From an uncultured Actinomycetota bacterium (GTDB lineage: Bacteria; Actinomycetota; Actinomycetes; Propionibacteriales; Nocardioidaceae), in assembly GCA_963740935.1 (NCBI GenBank), contig CAVUFX010000006.1, positions 982,554-1,046,553 of the forward strand: a stretch of 64,000 nucleotides of DNA. The letters are read 5' to 3'. Positions 30,125 to 41,108 of the stretch are shown piece after piece. Position 1 is the first letter of the stretch, and each line of letters begins with the position of its first letter. The position numbers and the translations under genes are program-made. The notes beneath the pieces are model-generated. The model made no database searches. It was not told the origin of the DNA and was given only the letters and a program-made list of their open reading frames with translations.

Positions 30125-31505
30125 ATGACCGACTCACGACGCCTCGCCGTGCTCATCGACGCGGACAACGTCTCCTCCAAGGTCTCCACCGACCTGTTCG
30201 CCGAGCTCGCGGGCTACGGCCTGCTGACCGTCAAGCGCGCCTACGGCGACTGGACGACCGACCAGCTCAACGGCTGGAAGAAGCGGCTCCACGAGCACGC
30301 CATCTCCCCGATGCAGCAGTTCGCCTACACGACCGGCAAGAACTCCAGCGACTCCGCGCTCATCATCGACGCGATGGACCTGCTGTACGCCGGCAACCTC
30401 GACGGCTTCGTCATCGTCTCCAGCGACAGCGACTTCACCCGCCTGGCGACCCGCCTGCGGGAGTCCGCCATGACGGTCTACGGGGTGGGGGCGAGCAAGA
30501 CGCCGCGCGCCTTCCGTGACGCCTGCGACAAGTTCACCTTCCTCGAGGTGCTCGGTGCCGCCGGCTCCGACGACGAGGAGGAGGAGCCGGCGCCGCAGCG
30601 CAGCCGCCGGTCCTCCTCCCGCGGCGGTGGCGGGGGCGGAGGCGGCGAGACCCCCGAGCCGCGCGAGGCCAGCGACACCGCCGCCCGCGAGCAGGCGGCG
30701 GTGCTGCAGAGCGTGCTGTCGCGCAGCCTCAACAAGGCCGACTCCGACGACGAGGACTGGACCACCCTCGGCTCGCTCGGCACCCTGCTGACCCGCACCG
30801 ATCCCTCCTTCGACGCCCGCACCCACGGCTTCGGCAAGCTCAGCGACCTGATCCGCGAGCAGCCCTTCCTCGAGACCCGCACCATCACCACCGCCGCCGG
30901 CACCGAGCAGCTGATGGTGCGGCTCAAGGGCCGCCGGCGGGCCAACCGCGGCCCCGGTCGCCGCTCACGCGGCGAGGCCAGCAGCGAGCCGACCCAGGAG
31001 CCGACCCAGGACCAGGCCGTCCGAGGAGGCCGCTTCCGACCCGACCCCCGAGCCTGCTCCCGACACCGCGCCCGGGACGGCCGTGGCGCCGGGCGTCGTC
31101 GACGCCCCCGAGGTGCCCGAGGCGGCCCCGGAGCAGGCCGAGGTCCCCGAGGTCGCGTCGCTCACGCCGGTGGCCGAGGTCGCGGCGCAGTCCTCCGACG
31201 ACCCGGGCGACCCGGCTGCCGAGGTCGCCGAGGACGCGCCGGTGAGGAAGACCGCCCGCAAGGCGGCCAAGAAGGCCCCCGCCAAGAAGGCCGCCGCCAA
31301 GAAGGCGCCGGCGAAGAAGGCCGCTGCCAAGAAGCCCGCGGCCAAGAAGTCGGCCGCCGCGCCGGCGGAGGCACCCGCACCGGAGGCGGCGCCCGAGCCG
31401 CCGGCCGCCGGCGGCCACACCGTCACGGTGGGCCGCACCTCGCGGCGCTCTGCCACCCGGGCGGCGGGCCCGTCGAAGACGGCCGAGGGGACCCCGACCG
31501 GCTAG
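30125..31505 (+). CDS. NYN (LabA/DUF88, PIN-like) nuclease + LOTUS/OST-HTH domain + acidic linker + AKK-repeat tail; apparent +1 frameshift at ~31018
   Basis: AVLIDADN, GKNSSDSALIIDAMD, SSDSDF; SFDARTHGFGKLSDLI; tail KAAKKAPAKK... in the shifted frame ending TAG 31503-31505. Confidence 0.85.
31245..31350 (+). repeat. Histone-H1-like AKK tandem repeat, six copies at 5-aa period
   Basis: RKTARKAAKKAPAKKAAAKKAPAKKAAAKKPAAKKS; 15-nt DNA periodicity around GCCAAGAAG. Confidence 0.9.
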
Positions 31506-34351
31506 GCCGTGGTGTCGGCGGGCGGCGTCCAGTCGGGGTCGGCGACCGGGGCGTCGCTCGACCCGGCTCCGGCGCCGGCCTGGGCGTGGGGCGACCAGTT
31601 CTCCAGCTCGCTCATCACCAGCGGGTGCTGGTCGACGCAGACCACGACGAGGTCGCCGTAGTTGGCGCGGCTCATCGCGTGGTGGACGGCCTCGATCTCG
31701 TCGAGGATCACCTCGAGCTGCTTGCAGCGGCTGCCGGCCTCCATCGCGCGGCGTACGCCGTCGGCCACGAGCGCCGAGGTCTCGCCGCGCTCGCGTCGGC
31801 GCAGCGCCTTGTCCTCGCGGACCACGACGACGTCGAAGTGCTGGGCCGCGACCTCGCCGAGCTCGCGCATGTCCTCGTCGCGGCGGTCGCCGGCGGTGGC
31901 GATGACGCCGATCCGCGACGGCTTGCCGAGCTCGTGACCGGAGTCGAGGCTCTCGCCGAGCCGGTCGACGAAGTCGCCGAGCGCCCGCATGCCGGGGGCG
32001 TTGTGGCAGTAGTCGACGATCACGTTGACCCCGTTGACCTCGATCTCGTTCAGGCGGCCGGGGGAGAGGTAGTAGCTGGTCGAGAACGTCCGCAGCCCCT
32101 GGCGGATGTCGTGCAGCGGCGCGCCCGCGGCGAAGGCGGCGGCCGCGGCGGCCAGGGTGTTCTGGACGTTCATCCGGGCGCGGCCGGAGAAGGTGGCGGG
32201 CAGCAGGTGGGTGAAGGCCAGCTGCATCTGGCGGGCGCCGTGGCGCACCACGATCATCTCGCCGCGCTCGGTGGGCTGGAGCACCAGCGCCTTGCCGCCC
32301 CGGCGGCAGTGCGCGTCGATCAGGTCGATCTCCTCCGAGCCCGGCTCGGCCATCGAGAACCACACCACCTGGCCCGAGCAGCGGCGTCGCATCGCCCGCA
32401 CCAGCGGGTCGTCGGCGTTGAGCACGGCGTGCCCGTCGCGGGGGACGGCCTCGACGAGCACGGCCTTGACGTCGGCGAGCTGCTCGACGGTGTCGATGCC
32501 GCGCAGGCCGAGGTGGTCGGGCTGCACGTTGAGCACCACCGCGACGTCGTTGCGCTCGTAGCCCAGGCCCTCGCGCAGGATGCCGCCGCGGGCGACCTCG
32601 AAGACGGCGAAGTCGACGCGAGGGTTCTGCAGCACCATCCGGGCGCTGCGCGGGCCCGAGGCGTCGGAGCGGATCAGCAGCCGCTCGTCGATGACGACGC
32701 CGTCGGTGGAGGTCATCCCGACCTTGCGGCCCATGCCCTTGAAGATGTGGCTGATCATCCGGCTCGTCGTGGTCTTGCCGTTGGTGCCGGTGACGGCCAC
32801 GATCGGGATCCGGCTCGGCGTGCCCGGCGGGACCAGCATGTCGACGACCGGCTTGGCGATGAACTGCGGCTCGCCGATGGTCGGGTGGGTGTGCATCCGG
32901 AAGCCCGGCGCCGCGTTGACCTCGCAGATCGCGCCGCCGGTCTCGCGCACCGGCTGCGTGATGTCGGGGCAGATGAAGTCGATGCCGGCGATGTCGAGCC
33001 CGATCATCCGGGCCGCCTCCTCGGCGATCTCGACGTTCTCCGGGTGGGCCTCGAAGGTGCGGTCGATGGAGATGCCGCCGGTCGACATGTTGCCGGTGAG
33101 CGCCAGCTTGACCATCTCGCCCTCGGCCGGGACGGAGTCCAGGGTGTGGCCCTGGCCGGCGAGGACCTCCTCGGCGGCGGCGTCGACCTTGATCCGGGTC
33201 AGCACCTTCTCGTGGCCCACGCCGCGGCGCGGGTCGGCGTTGGTCAGGTCGACGAGCGTGCGGACCGTGCTGGTGCCGTCACCGGTGACCGACGCGGGCA
33301 CCCGCTCGGCGATCGCGGCCATCCGGCCGTCGATGATCAGGCAGCGGTAGTCCTTGCCGGTGACGAACGACTCCACGATGACGGTGCCGCGGCGGGACTG
33401 GGCCCGGGCGACGTCGAAGGCCTCACGGACGTCGTCGTCGGACTGCAGGTCCAGGCACACCCCGCGACCGTGGTTGCCGTCGAGCGGCTTGACGACCACG
33501 GGGAAGCCGATCCGGCGGGCCATGGCGACCGCCTGCTCCGCCGTACGCACCGACTCCTGCCGGGGCACGGGCAGTCCCGCGGCGCCCAGCAGCCGGGTGG
33601 TGAGGTCCTTGTCGGAGGCGATGTCGACCGCGATCGAGCTGGTCTCCGAGGTCATCGTGGCGCGGATCCGCTTGGCGTGGACGCCCTGGCCGAGCTGCAC
33701 CAGCGAGTGCGAGTTGAGCCGGATCCAGGGGATGTCGCGCGAGACCGCCTCGTCGAGGATCGCCTGGGTCGAGGGACCGAACGCGGTGCGCTGGGCGCGG
33801 ATGATGAAGGCGTCGAGCTCGGCCTCGAAGTCCAGCGAGGGGTCGGCCCGGACGAGGTGGTTCACCAGGCGTACGGCGAGCCGTGCGGCCGCCAGCCCGA
33901 CCTGCTCGTCGACGTAGCCGAACACCACGTTGTAGTGACCCGGCGTGCCCTTGACCTGGCGGGTCTTGCCGCGCCGGATGTCGTGGCCGACGACCTGCTG
34001 GAGCGCCAGCGCGCAGTGCTCGGCGACGTGGCCGAGCCAGGTGCCCTCGTGCAGGCGCTCCACGAAGCCGCCGCGGCGACCCCGCGAGCAGGAGTGCTCG
34101 CGCAGGCCGGGGAGCGCCTCGAGCAGGTGCTCGGTGAAGCCGGGCAGGGTGTTGGTGGGGTACTCCTCGAGCACGCCGAGGTCCACCACGAGGTGGATCG
34201 CCTTGTCGTAGGACCAGACGTTGGCGCCGCGGTAGACCCGGGTCTCGACGATGGCGAGGTCGGGGCTGGGCCGCCCGCCGCCGGTGACCTGGACGCCGCT
34301 GCGGGGCTCGGGGGAGTGGTCGTCGCGCCGGTCCTGGGGGCTCTGCGTCAC
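31502..34351 (-). CDS. cphA: Cyanophycin synthetase CphA1
   Basis: N domain with C-x19-HxxEH, ATP-grasp (VVKPLDGNHGRGV, EVNAAPG), Mur-ligase domain (TGTNGKTT, ARGGILREG, DYCHN). Confidence 0.95.
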   Translation of the reverse strand: MTQSPQDRRDDHSPEPRSGVQVTGGGRPSPDLAIVETRVYRGANVWSYDKAIHLVVDLGVLEEYPTNTLPGFTEHLLEALPGLREHSCSRGRRGGFVERLHEGTWLGHVAEHCALALQQVVGHDIRRGKTRQVKGTPGHYNVVFGYVDEQVGLAAARLAVRLVNHLVRADPSLDFEAELDAFIIRAQRTAFGPSTQAILDEAVSRDIPWIRLNSHSLVQLGQGVHAKRIRATMTSETSSIAVDIASDKDLTTRLLGAAGLPVPRQESVRTAEQAVAMARRIGFPVVVKPLDGNHGRGVCLDLQSDDDVREAFDVARAQSRRGTVIVESFVTGKDYRCLIIDGRMAAIAERVPASVTGDGTSTVRTLVDLTNADPRRGVGHEKVLTRIKVDAAAEEVLAGQGHTLDSVPAEGEMVKLALTGNMSTGGISIDRTFEAHPENVEIAEEAARMIGLDIAGIDFICPDITQPVRETGGAICEVNAAPGFRMHTHPTIGEPQFIAKPVVDMLVPPGTPSRIPIVAVTGTNGKTTTSRMISHIFKGMGRKVGMTSTDGVVIDERLLIRSDASGPRSARMVLQNPRVDFAVFEVARGGILREGLGYERNDVAVVLNVQPDHLGLRGIDTVEQLADVKAVLVEAVPRDGHAVLNADDPLVRAMRRRCSGQVVWFSMAEPGSEEIDLIDAHCRRGGKALVLQPTERGEMIVVRHGARQMQLAFTHLLPATFSGRARMNVQNTLAAAAAAFAAGAPLHDIRQGLRTFSTSYYLSPGRLNEIEVNGVNVIVDYCHNAPGMRALGDFVDRLGESLDSGHELGKPSRIGVIATAGDRRDEDMRELGEVAAQHFDVVVVREDKALRRRERGETSALVADGVRRAMEAGSRCKQLEVILDEIEAVHHAMSRANYGDLVVVCVDQHPLVMSELENWSPHAQAGAGAGSSDAPVADPDWTPPADTTA

Positions 34352-35331
34352 GGTCGGGCTCCTCTGCTGCGGCGGGCCACCCGGCGGCGGAGGACCGCGG
34401 GGGAGACGTCGTCGGCGGCGATGTCGCGCGCCAGCTTGGACAGGTCGCGGTTGGCCACGGCCAGCTCGTCGGCCTCGGCGGGGTCGCTCACGGCGGGGGC
34501 CGGGAGCAGCACGCGGTCGGCCAGGTCGAACCGCGAGCCGGCGGGGAGGGCGTGCAGCACCACGCCCGAGGCCAGGATCGGGCGGTGCTCCTTGGCGGCG
34601 TGGGCGTCGGTGACCATGGTGCGGCCGTCGAGCACGGTCACCACGCCGCGGCCGACCACCTCGAGCACCTGGCGGCCGTCCTCGCCGGTGGTCACGGCCG
34701 CCGCGGTGTCCTCGTCGACGCCGATGCCGAGCAGCTGCGGGCTCTGGGAGACGATCATCAGCAGCCGGCCGTAGCGGTTGCGCTGCGCGAAGTGCTGGTC
34801 GACGACGCAGTCCGCGAGCAGCCCGAGCCCGGCCGCGACCTGGGTCATCCGCTGCTTGGCGGTGGCACCGCCCGGCCCGAAGGCGACCATGTGGGAGGAC
34901 TGGATGCTGGCGCCCGCCGAGGTCCCGCCCACCGTGACGCCACGGTGGTGGGCCGCGTGCAGGGCGTCGCCGAACGGGGTGCCCGCGACGACGGTGCCGA
35001 GCTTGAGCTGGTTGCCGCCGGTCATGAAGACCCCGGTGGCACGGTCGAGGGCGCCCACCACGGCGGGGTCCGAGGCCTCGGTCCGGTCGGTCGGGCGGAC
35101 CCCGTAGACCTCGGCGGCACCCAGCTTGGCGAACACCGCGGCGTACACCTCCACGATCTCGTCGCCGAGCGACGAGGCGGTCGGGACCACCGCGATCCGG
35201 GCCTGCTCACCACCGGCGCGGCGCACGAAGTCGGCGAGGACGGCGCGCTTGCCGAGCTTGTCCTCGGCCCCGCCGATGACGACGAGGTCGCCGCGGGGTG
35301 ACCCCGGCGCGGGCGTGGCACCGAATGGCAT
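34348..35331 (-). CDS. cphB: Cyanophycinase (S51 serine peptidase)
   Basis: IGGAEDK, FMTGGNQ, GGTSAGAS, DQHFAQRNRYGRL, GVDEDT; the stop overlaps the cphA start. Confidence 0.93.
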   Translation of the reverse strand: MPFGATPAPGSPRGDLVVIGGAEDKLGKRAVLADFVRRAGGEQARIAVVPTASSLGDEIVEVYAAVFAKLGAAEVYGVRPTDRTEASDPAVVGALDRATGVFMTGGNQLKLGTVVAGTPFGDALHAAHHRGVTVGGTSAGASIQSSHMVAFGPGGATAKQRMTQVAAGLGLLADCVVDQHFAQRNRYGRLLMIVSQSPQLLGIGVDEDTAAAVTTGEDGRQVLEVVGRGVVTVLDGRTMVTDAHAAKEHRPILASGVVLHALPAGSRFDLADRVLLPAPAVSDPAEADELAVANRDLSKLARDIAADDVSPAVLRRRVARRSRGARP

Positions 35332-35364
35332 GACAGGCAGCCTAGGGGGTGGAAGATTGACGGG

Positions 35365-35904
35365 GTGACCCCCTCTTCCCCCGACGATCCTGCGGTCCGG
35401 CGGCGCCTCCTGGTGGTCCTCCGGCACGGGCGCGCGGAGTCCTTCGCCGAGCAGGACCACGCTCGTCGGCTCACCCAGCGGGGCCGCCGCGACGCGACCG
35501 AGCTGGGCGGGTGGCTGGCCCGGAGCGGCGTACGCCCCGACCTCGCGCTGGTCTCCTCGGCCGTCCGGACGCGGGAGACCTGGGAGCTCGTGTCCGCCTC
35601 GCTGCCCGGCGAGCCCGAGACGCGGACGTGCGACGACCTCTACAGCGCCTCGGCCGACACCGTGCTCGACACCGTGCGCCAGGTGCCCGACGACGTGACG
35701 ACCCTGGTGTACGTCGGCCACAACCCCACCGCCGCCTCGCTGGCGCAGGCGCTGGAGGACGGCGAGCCCGACGTCGAGGCATTCGTGGCGCTGAGCCACG
35801 GCTTCCCCCCGGGCGCCGCGGCGCTGCTGCAGGTCCCCGTCGCCTGGTCCGGGCTCGACGCGGCCGGCGCCCGCCTCGTCGACTTCCACGCTCCGGCGGG
35901 CTGA
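35365..35904 (+). CDS. SixA-like histidine phosphatase
   Basis: LRHGRAE, LVSSAVRTRETW, VGHNPT. Confidence 0.88.
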   Translation: MTPSSPDDPAVRRRLLVVLRHGRAESFAEQDHARRLTQRGRRDATELGGWLARSGVRPDLALVSSAVRTRETWELVSASLPGEPETRTCDDLYSASADTVLDTVRQVPDDVTTLVYVGHNPTAASLAQALEDGEPDVEAFVALSHGFPPGAAALLQVPVAWSGLDAAGARLVDFHAPAG

Positions 35905-35911
35905 GGCAGCG

Positions 35912-36472
35912 ATGTCCCTCGTCGTGCCCGGACCCGGGTCGCAGCCGGCCTTCACCTACGCCCCGGTGGGCGGCACGCGCGAGCCCGGTGCGCCGCCCGA
36001 GGGCTACCGCGCGGTGCGCGAGCGGCGTCGCGTCGGTGGCACCGAGGCCGACCTCGAGGCCGCTGCCGCGTTCGTGCTGGGCTTCGGGATGCAGCGCGCG
36101 CTCGGCCTCGACCCCGTCTCGGTCTCGCCGGTGGCCGTCGAGGGCGTCACGGTGGTGCTGACCGCGGGCGTCGGGCCGCTGCGGCTGCGGGCGCCGACGC
36201 GGGTCGTGTACGTCGTGGACGAGCCCGACCGCCGCGGCTTCGCCTACGGCACCCTGCCCGGCCACCCCGAGAGCGGCGAGGAGCTGTTCCTGGTCGAGCG
36301 CACCGCGGAGGGCGTGGTCGCCGAGGTGCGGGCGTTCTCCCGCCCGGCGTGGGGCCTGCTGCGGGCCGCCGGCCCGGCCGGGCGGCTGGCGCAGCGGCTG
36401 GCGGCGCGCCGCTACCTGGCGGCCTGCGCCCGGGTCTGTGCCGCTGCCCGCGGGAGCCGGAGCGAGGAGTGA
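35912..36472 (+). CDS. DUF1990 family protein
   Basis: FTYAPVGGT, GFAYGTLPGHPESGEELF, AFSRPA. Confidence 0.88.
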   Translation: MSLVVPGPGSQPAFTYAPVGGTREPGAPPEGYRAVRERRRVGGTEADLEAAAAFVLGFGMQRALGLDPVSVSPVAVEGVTVVLTAGVGPLRLRAPTRVVYVVDEPDRRGFAYGTLPGHPESGEELFLVERTAEGVVAEVRAFSRPAWGLLRAAGPAGRLAQRLAARRYLAACARVCAAARGSRSEE

Positions 36473-36485
36473 CCCCGAGCCGCGC

Positions 36486-37739
36486 TCAGAGCTCCGGCTC
36501 GGGCGTGGTGTAGCCGGCCGCGGCGTCGGCGGCGACGACCTCCTCGCGGGTGATGCCGAGCAGGTAGAGCACGGCGTCCATGTAGGGCACGTTGACCGCG
36601 GCCTGCGCGGCCTCCTGGACGACCGGCTTGGCGTTGAAGGCGATGCCCAGGCCGGCCGCGTTGAGCATGTCGAGGTCGTTGGCGCCGTCGCCGATGGCCA
36701 CGGTGGAGGTCACGGGCACCCCGACCTCGGCGGCGAAGCGGCGCAGCGCGTCCGCCTTGCCGGCCCGGTCGACCACGGGACCCACCACGCGGCCGGTGAG
36801 CCGGCCGTCGACGACCTCGAGCTCGTTGGCGACCGCGAAGTCGATGCCGAGGTCGGCGGCGAGGCGGTCGGTGAGCTGCGAGAAGCCGCCGCTGACGATG
36901 GCGAAGCGGTAGCCGAGCCGCTTGAGCACCCGGACGGTGGTGCGCGCCCCGGGGGTGAGCTGCAGCTCGTCGTACACCTCGTCGAGGGCGGTGGCCCTCA
37001 GGCCCTCCAGCAGCGCCACGCGCGAGCGCAGGCTCGCGGCGAAGTCGAGCTCGCCGCGCATCGCCTGCTCGGTGACGCGGGCGACCTCGTCCTCGCAGCC
37101 CGCCTTGGCGGCGAGCATCTCGATGACCTCGCCCTGGACCAGGGTGGAGTCGACGTCCATCACGATCAGGCGCATGCCGCGGCGCAGCAGGTCGGCGCGC
37201 TGCACCGCGATGTCCACGCCCTGCACCGCCGCCTCACGGGCGAGCAGGTCGCGCAGCTCGTCGGGGTCGACGCCCGAGACGTGCAGGTCGATGGCGGTGA
37301 TGGGGTAGCGGGCCATCCGCTCGATCCGGTCGATGTTGGCGCCCGTGTCGGCCACCCGGCCGGCGATGGCGGCGACGGCCGCGGCCCGCAGCGGGCTGCC
37401 GAGCACGGTCACGTGGCTGCGACCGTCCGGTCGCGGGCGGTTGTCGCCGGACCCCCGGACGACCTCGACCGCCATGTCGAGGTCGGCGGCCACCTGCTCC
37501 AGCGCGCTGCGCAGCGCCTGCCACTGCCGCGGCGAGGACACCAGGAGCCCCAGCACCAGGCGGCGCCGCAGCACGATCTGCTCGATGTCGAGCACCTCGA
37601 CCGAGAAGGCCGCGAGCGTGTCGAAGACCAGGGAGGTGACGCCGGGACGGTCGCGCCCGGTCAGCGTCACGAGCAGGGTCTGCCCGGCGCCGGTGGGGTC
37701 GGGGTCCGGTCGGGCGGGGACGGGGGGCTGGTCCGGCAC
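36486..37739 (-). CDS. serB: Phosphoserine phosphatase with two ACT domains
   Basis: GRDRPG ACT motif, MDVDSTL, AMRGELDF, SGGF, GDGANDLDM. Confidence 0.95.
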   Translation of the reverse strand: MPDQPPVPARPDPDPTGAGQTLLVTLTGRDRPGVTSLVFDTLAAFSVEVLDIEQIVLRRRLVLGLLVSSPRQWQALRSALEQVAADLDMAVEVVRGSGDNRPRPDGRSHVTVLGSPLRAAAVAAIAGRVADTGANIDRIERMARYPITAIDLHVSGVDPDELRDLLAREAAVQGVDIAVQRADLLRRGMRLIVMDVDSTLVQGEVIEMLAAKAGCEDEVARVTEQAMRGELDFAASLRSRVALLEGLRATALDEVYDELQLTPGARTTVRVLKRLGYRFAIVSGGFSQLTDRLAADLGIDFAVANELEVVDGRLTGRVVGPVVDRAGKADALRRFAAEVGVPVTSTVAIGDGANDLDMLNAAGLGIAFNAKPVVQEAAQAAVNVPYMDAVLYLLGITREEVVAADAAAGYTTPEPEL

Positions 37740-37749
37740 GCGCCCGAGG

Positions 37750-38454
37750 CTAGCGGTCGTGACGGCCGGTGCAGGCGCCGACCACGGCCCGGCGGGCGGC
37801 GCGCTCGAGGTCGGCCAGCGCCTCCCGGCGCCGCGCCACCTCGTGGGTCGACAGCGCGCCGCCCTCGTCGGCGCGGGCGGCCTCGACGACGTCGAGGCAC
37901 AGCGCGGCCCGCTCGAGGGTCTCGCGGCGCCGCGGGTCGAGGACCGGCGGCAGCGGCAGCGCCGGCCGGTGCCGCAGGTTCATCAGCAGGTCGGGCACCT
38001 CGGGGCTCCAGGAGGCGACGTCGAGGTCGACCAGCCGCCGGGTGACCGTGGCGAGGGCCAGCCGGAGCTCGGAGGCGCTCTCGCGCTCGTCGACGTACGG
38101 CGCCGGCGCCGCGGCGTGGGCGCGCCACACCACGCTGCGGGCGTCGAGCTCGGGCACCAGCGCGACCGAGCCGGCCAGCACGGCCTGGCCCGCCTCGAGC
38201 GCCGCGTGGTTGAGCGGCGGGGGACCGCCCAGCCCGGTGAGGTCGCCGGGGACGGGCAGGGCCAGGGACAGCGGCCCGCGCAGTGCCCCGGGCAGCTCGA
38301 CCAGCTCGGTGACCCCCCGCTCGGGCAGGTCGACCACGAGGTGGCGCGGGTCCTCGCCGCGCACGGCGTCCGCGAGGTCGTCGGGACCGACGTGGCCGGC
38401 GCGGACGGCGTCGAGCCAGGTCGCCATCACGGCGGAGACGGGCAGCGAGCTCAC
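37750..38454 (-). CDS. Hypothetical protein
   Basis: Gene-like ORF with GTG 6 nt after TACTGT; no family I can name. Confidence 0.7.
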   Translation of the reverse strand: MSSLPVSAVMATWLDAVRAGHVGPDDLADAVRGEDPRHLVVDLPERGVTELVELPGALRGPLSLALPVPGDLTGLGGPPPLNHAALEAGQAVLAGSVALVPELDARSVVWRAHAAAPAPYVDERESASELRLALATVTRRLVDLDVASWSPEVPDLLMNLRHRPALPLPPVLDPRRRETLERAALCLDVVEAARADEGGALSTHEVARRREALADLERAARRAVVGACTGRHDR

Positions 38455-38576
38455 CGGGACACAGTAGGAGCCTGCGCCAGGCCCGCGTCGGCCGAGCCCG
38501 TCGAGACCACGGCCCTGCCGCCCGGTAGGTTGACGCAGGTCCGTCGCCCCCGTCCCGCCGCGTGAGGTCACCACCC

Positions 38577-39374
<798 letters not shown>

Positions 39375-39420
39375 GCGCGAGACCCGAGGAGGCTGTCCGG
39401 TCCCCGGCTAGGGTTCGGGC

Positions 39421-39882
39421 ATGGACTGGCTACGGGACAACGCCTGGCAGAGCTGGATGCTCCTCGCCGTGGTCCTGGGCGGCCTGGAGATGCTCGGGCT
39501 CGAGCTCTTCCTGGTGATGCTCGCCGGGGGAGCGCTCGTCGGCGGCATCACCGCCCTGCTCGGCGGCCCGTTCGCGCTGCAGCTCGGGCTCGCGCTCGTC
39601 ACCTCGGTCGCGCTGCTCGGGCTGGTCCGGCCCAACGTCATCGCCAAGATCCACTCCGGGCCCAAGCTGGTCACCGGGCACCACACGCTGATCGGGCGTC
39701 GCGCCACCGTGCTGCGCCAGCTCTCCACCGCCGCTCCCGGCCGGGTCAAGGTCGAGGGCGAGGAGTGGACGGCGCTGCCCTACGACGAGGACGACGAGAT
39801 CGAGGTCGGGGCCGTGGTCGACGTGGTCCTGATCAAGGGGGCGACGGCGTACGTGCTGCGCTCCCACCCGCCGCTGACGTAG
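39421..39882 (+). CDS. NfeD-family protein
   Basis: N-terminal TM helices, GRVKVEGEEWTA OB-fold; upstream of an SPFH gene. Confidence 0.9.
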   Translation: MDWLRDNAWQSWMLLAVVLGGLEMLGLELFLVMLAGGALVGGITALLGGPFALQLGLALVTSVALLGLVRPNVIAKIHSGPKLVTGHHTLIGRRATVLRQLSTAAPGRVKVEGEEWTALPYDEDDEIEVGAVVDVVLIKGATAYVLRSHPPLT

Positions 39883-39932
39883 CCACGTCACGGTGTCCGC
39901 AACAACTCGGGAAGCGATATGAGGGGGGTCCC

Positions 39933-41108
39933 ATGGGACTGCTGATCGTGCTGGTGGTGCTGCTGCTGTTCGTGGTGGTGCTGCTGGCCAAGTCCATCCA
40001 GATCGTGCCGCAGTCGCGGGTCGGCATCGTGGAGCGGCTGGGCAAGTACCAGCGCACGCTCACCGAGGGCCCGAGCCTGCTGGTGCCGTTCATCGACCGG
40101 GTGCGCTACAAGATCGACCTGCGCGAGCAGGTGGTCTCGTTCCCGCCCGTCTCGGTGATCACCGAGGACAACCTCTCGGTCGACATCGACACCGTCATCT
40201 ACTTCACCGTGACCGACCCGGTCGCCGCGACGTACGAGATCGTGAACTACATCCAGGGCGTCGAGCAGCTGACCATCACCACCACCCGCAACATCGTGGG
40301 TGGGATGACGCTGGAGGAGACCCTCACCTCGCGCGACCGGATCAACACCAGCCTGTCCGAGGTGCTCGACGACGCCACCGGGCGCTGGGGCATCAAGGTC
40401 AAGCGCGTCGAGATCAAGGCGATCGACCCGCCGGCCTCCATCAAGGACTCGATGGAGAAGCAGATGCGCGCCGACCGCGACAAGCGGGCCGCGATCCTCA
40501 CCGCCGAGGGCCAGCGGCAGTCCGCGATCCTCACCGCCGAGGGCGGCAAGCAGGCCTCGATCCTCACCGCGGAGGGCGACCGGCAGTCGCTGATCCTGCG
40601 GGCCCAGGCCGAGCGCGAGTCCTCGATCCTCAAGGCACAGGGTGAGGGCCAGGCCATCCAGACGGTCTTCCAGGCCATCCACGACGGGCAGCCCGACCAG
40701 GCGCTGCTCGCCTACCAGTACCTCCAGATGATGCCCAAGATCGCCGAGGGCTCGGCCAACAAGGTCTGGGTGGTCCCCTCGGAGATCACCAAGGCGCTCG
40801 AGGGCCTGGGGTCGGCGATGAACCAGGCGAGCGGCATCCCGAGGGACACCGGCGGGCCGCGGGTCCGGGTCGACACCGGCCCGACCGAGGTGGAGATCCC
40901 CGACATCGACACCAGCAGCGCCGACGAGGCCGTCCGCGAGGCGCTCCGCGCCGCCGAGGAGTCCGCCCGCACGGCGCCGGGGCAGGCTCCCGGCTCGATC
41001 GGCGGGCTCGACTCCGCCGCCGGGATCCCCGACCCGTCGGCCGCGACCCCGCCCGGTGCGGCCCCGCCGGCCGACCTGCCGCCCGAGGACGGGTCGACCC
41101 CGGCCTAG
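39933..41108 (+). CDS. SPFH/stomatin (band 7) domain protein
   Basis: VERLGKY, IDLREQ, VITEDN, RWGIKVKRVEIK, AEG coiled-coil repeats. Confidence 0.95.
   Translation: MGLLIVLVVLLLFVVVLLAKSIQIVPQSRVGIVERLGKYQRTLTEGPSLLVPFIDRVRYKIDLREQVVSFPPVSVITEDNLSVDIDTVIYFTVTDPVAATYEIVNYIQGVEQLTITTTRNIVGGMTLEETLTSRDRINTSLSEVLDDATGRWGIKVKRVEIKAIDPPASIKDSMEKQMRADRDKRAAILTAEGQRQSAILTAEGGKQASILTAEGDRQSLILRAQAERESSILKAQGEGQAIQTVFQAIHDGQPDQALLAYQYLQMMPKIAEGSANKVWVVPSEITKALEGLGSAMNQASGIPRDTGGPRVRVDTGPTEVEIPDIDTSSADEAVREALRAAEESARTAPGQAPGSIGGLDSAAGIPDPSAATPPGAAPPADLPPEDGSTPA

Noticed and set aside
30038-34774. 1578-aa giant NYN protein
   Set aside because: Run-on antisense to cphA caused by the frameshift at ~31018 and scarcity of stops in high-GC DNA.
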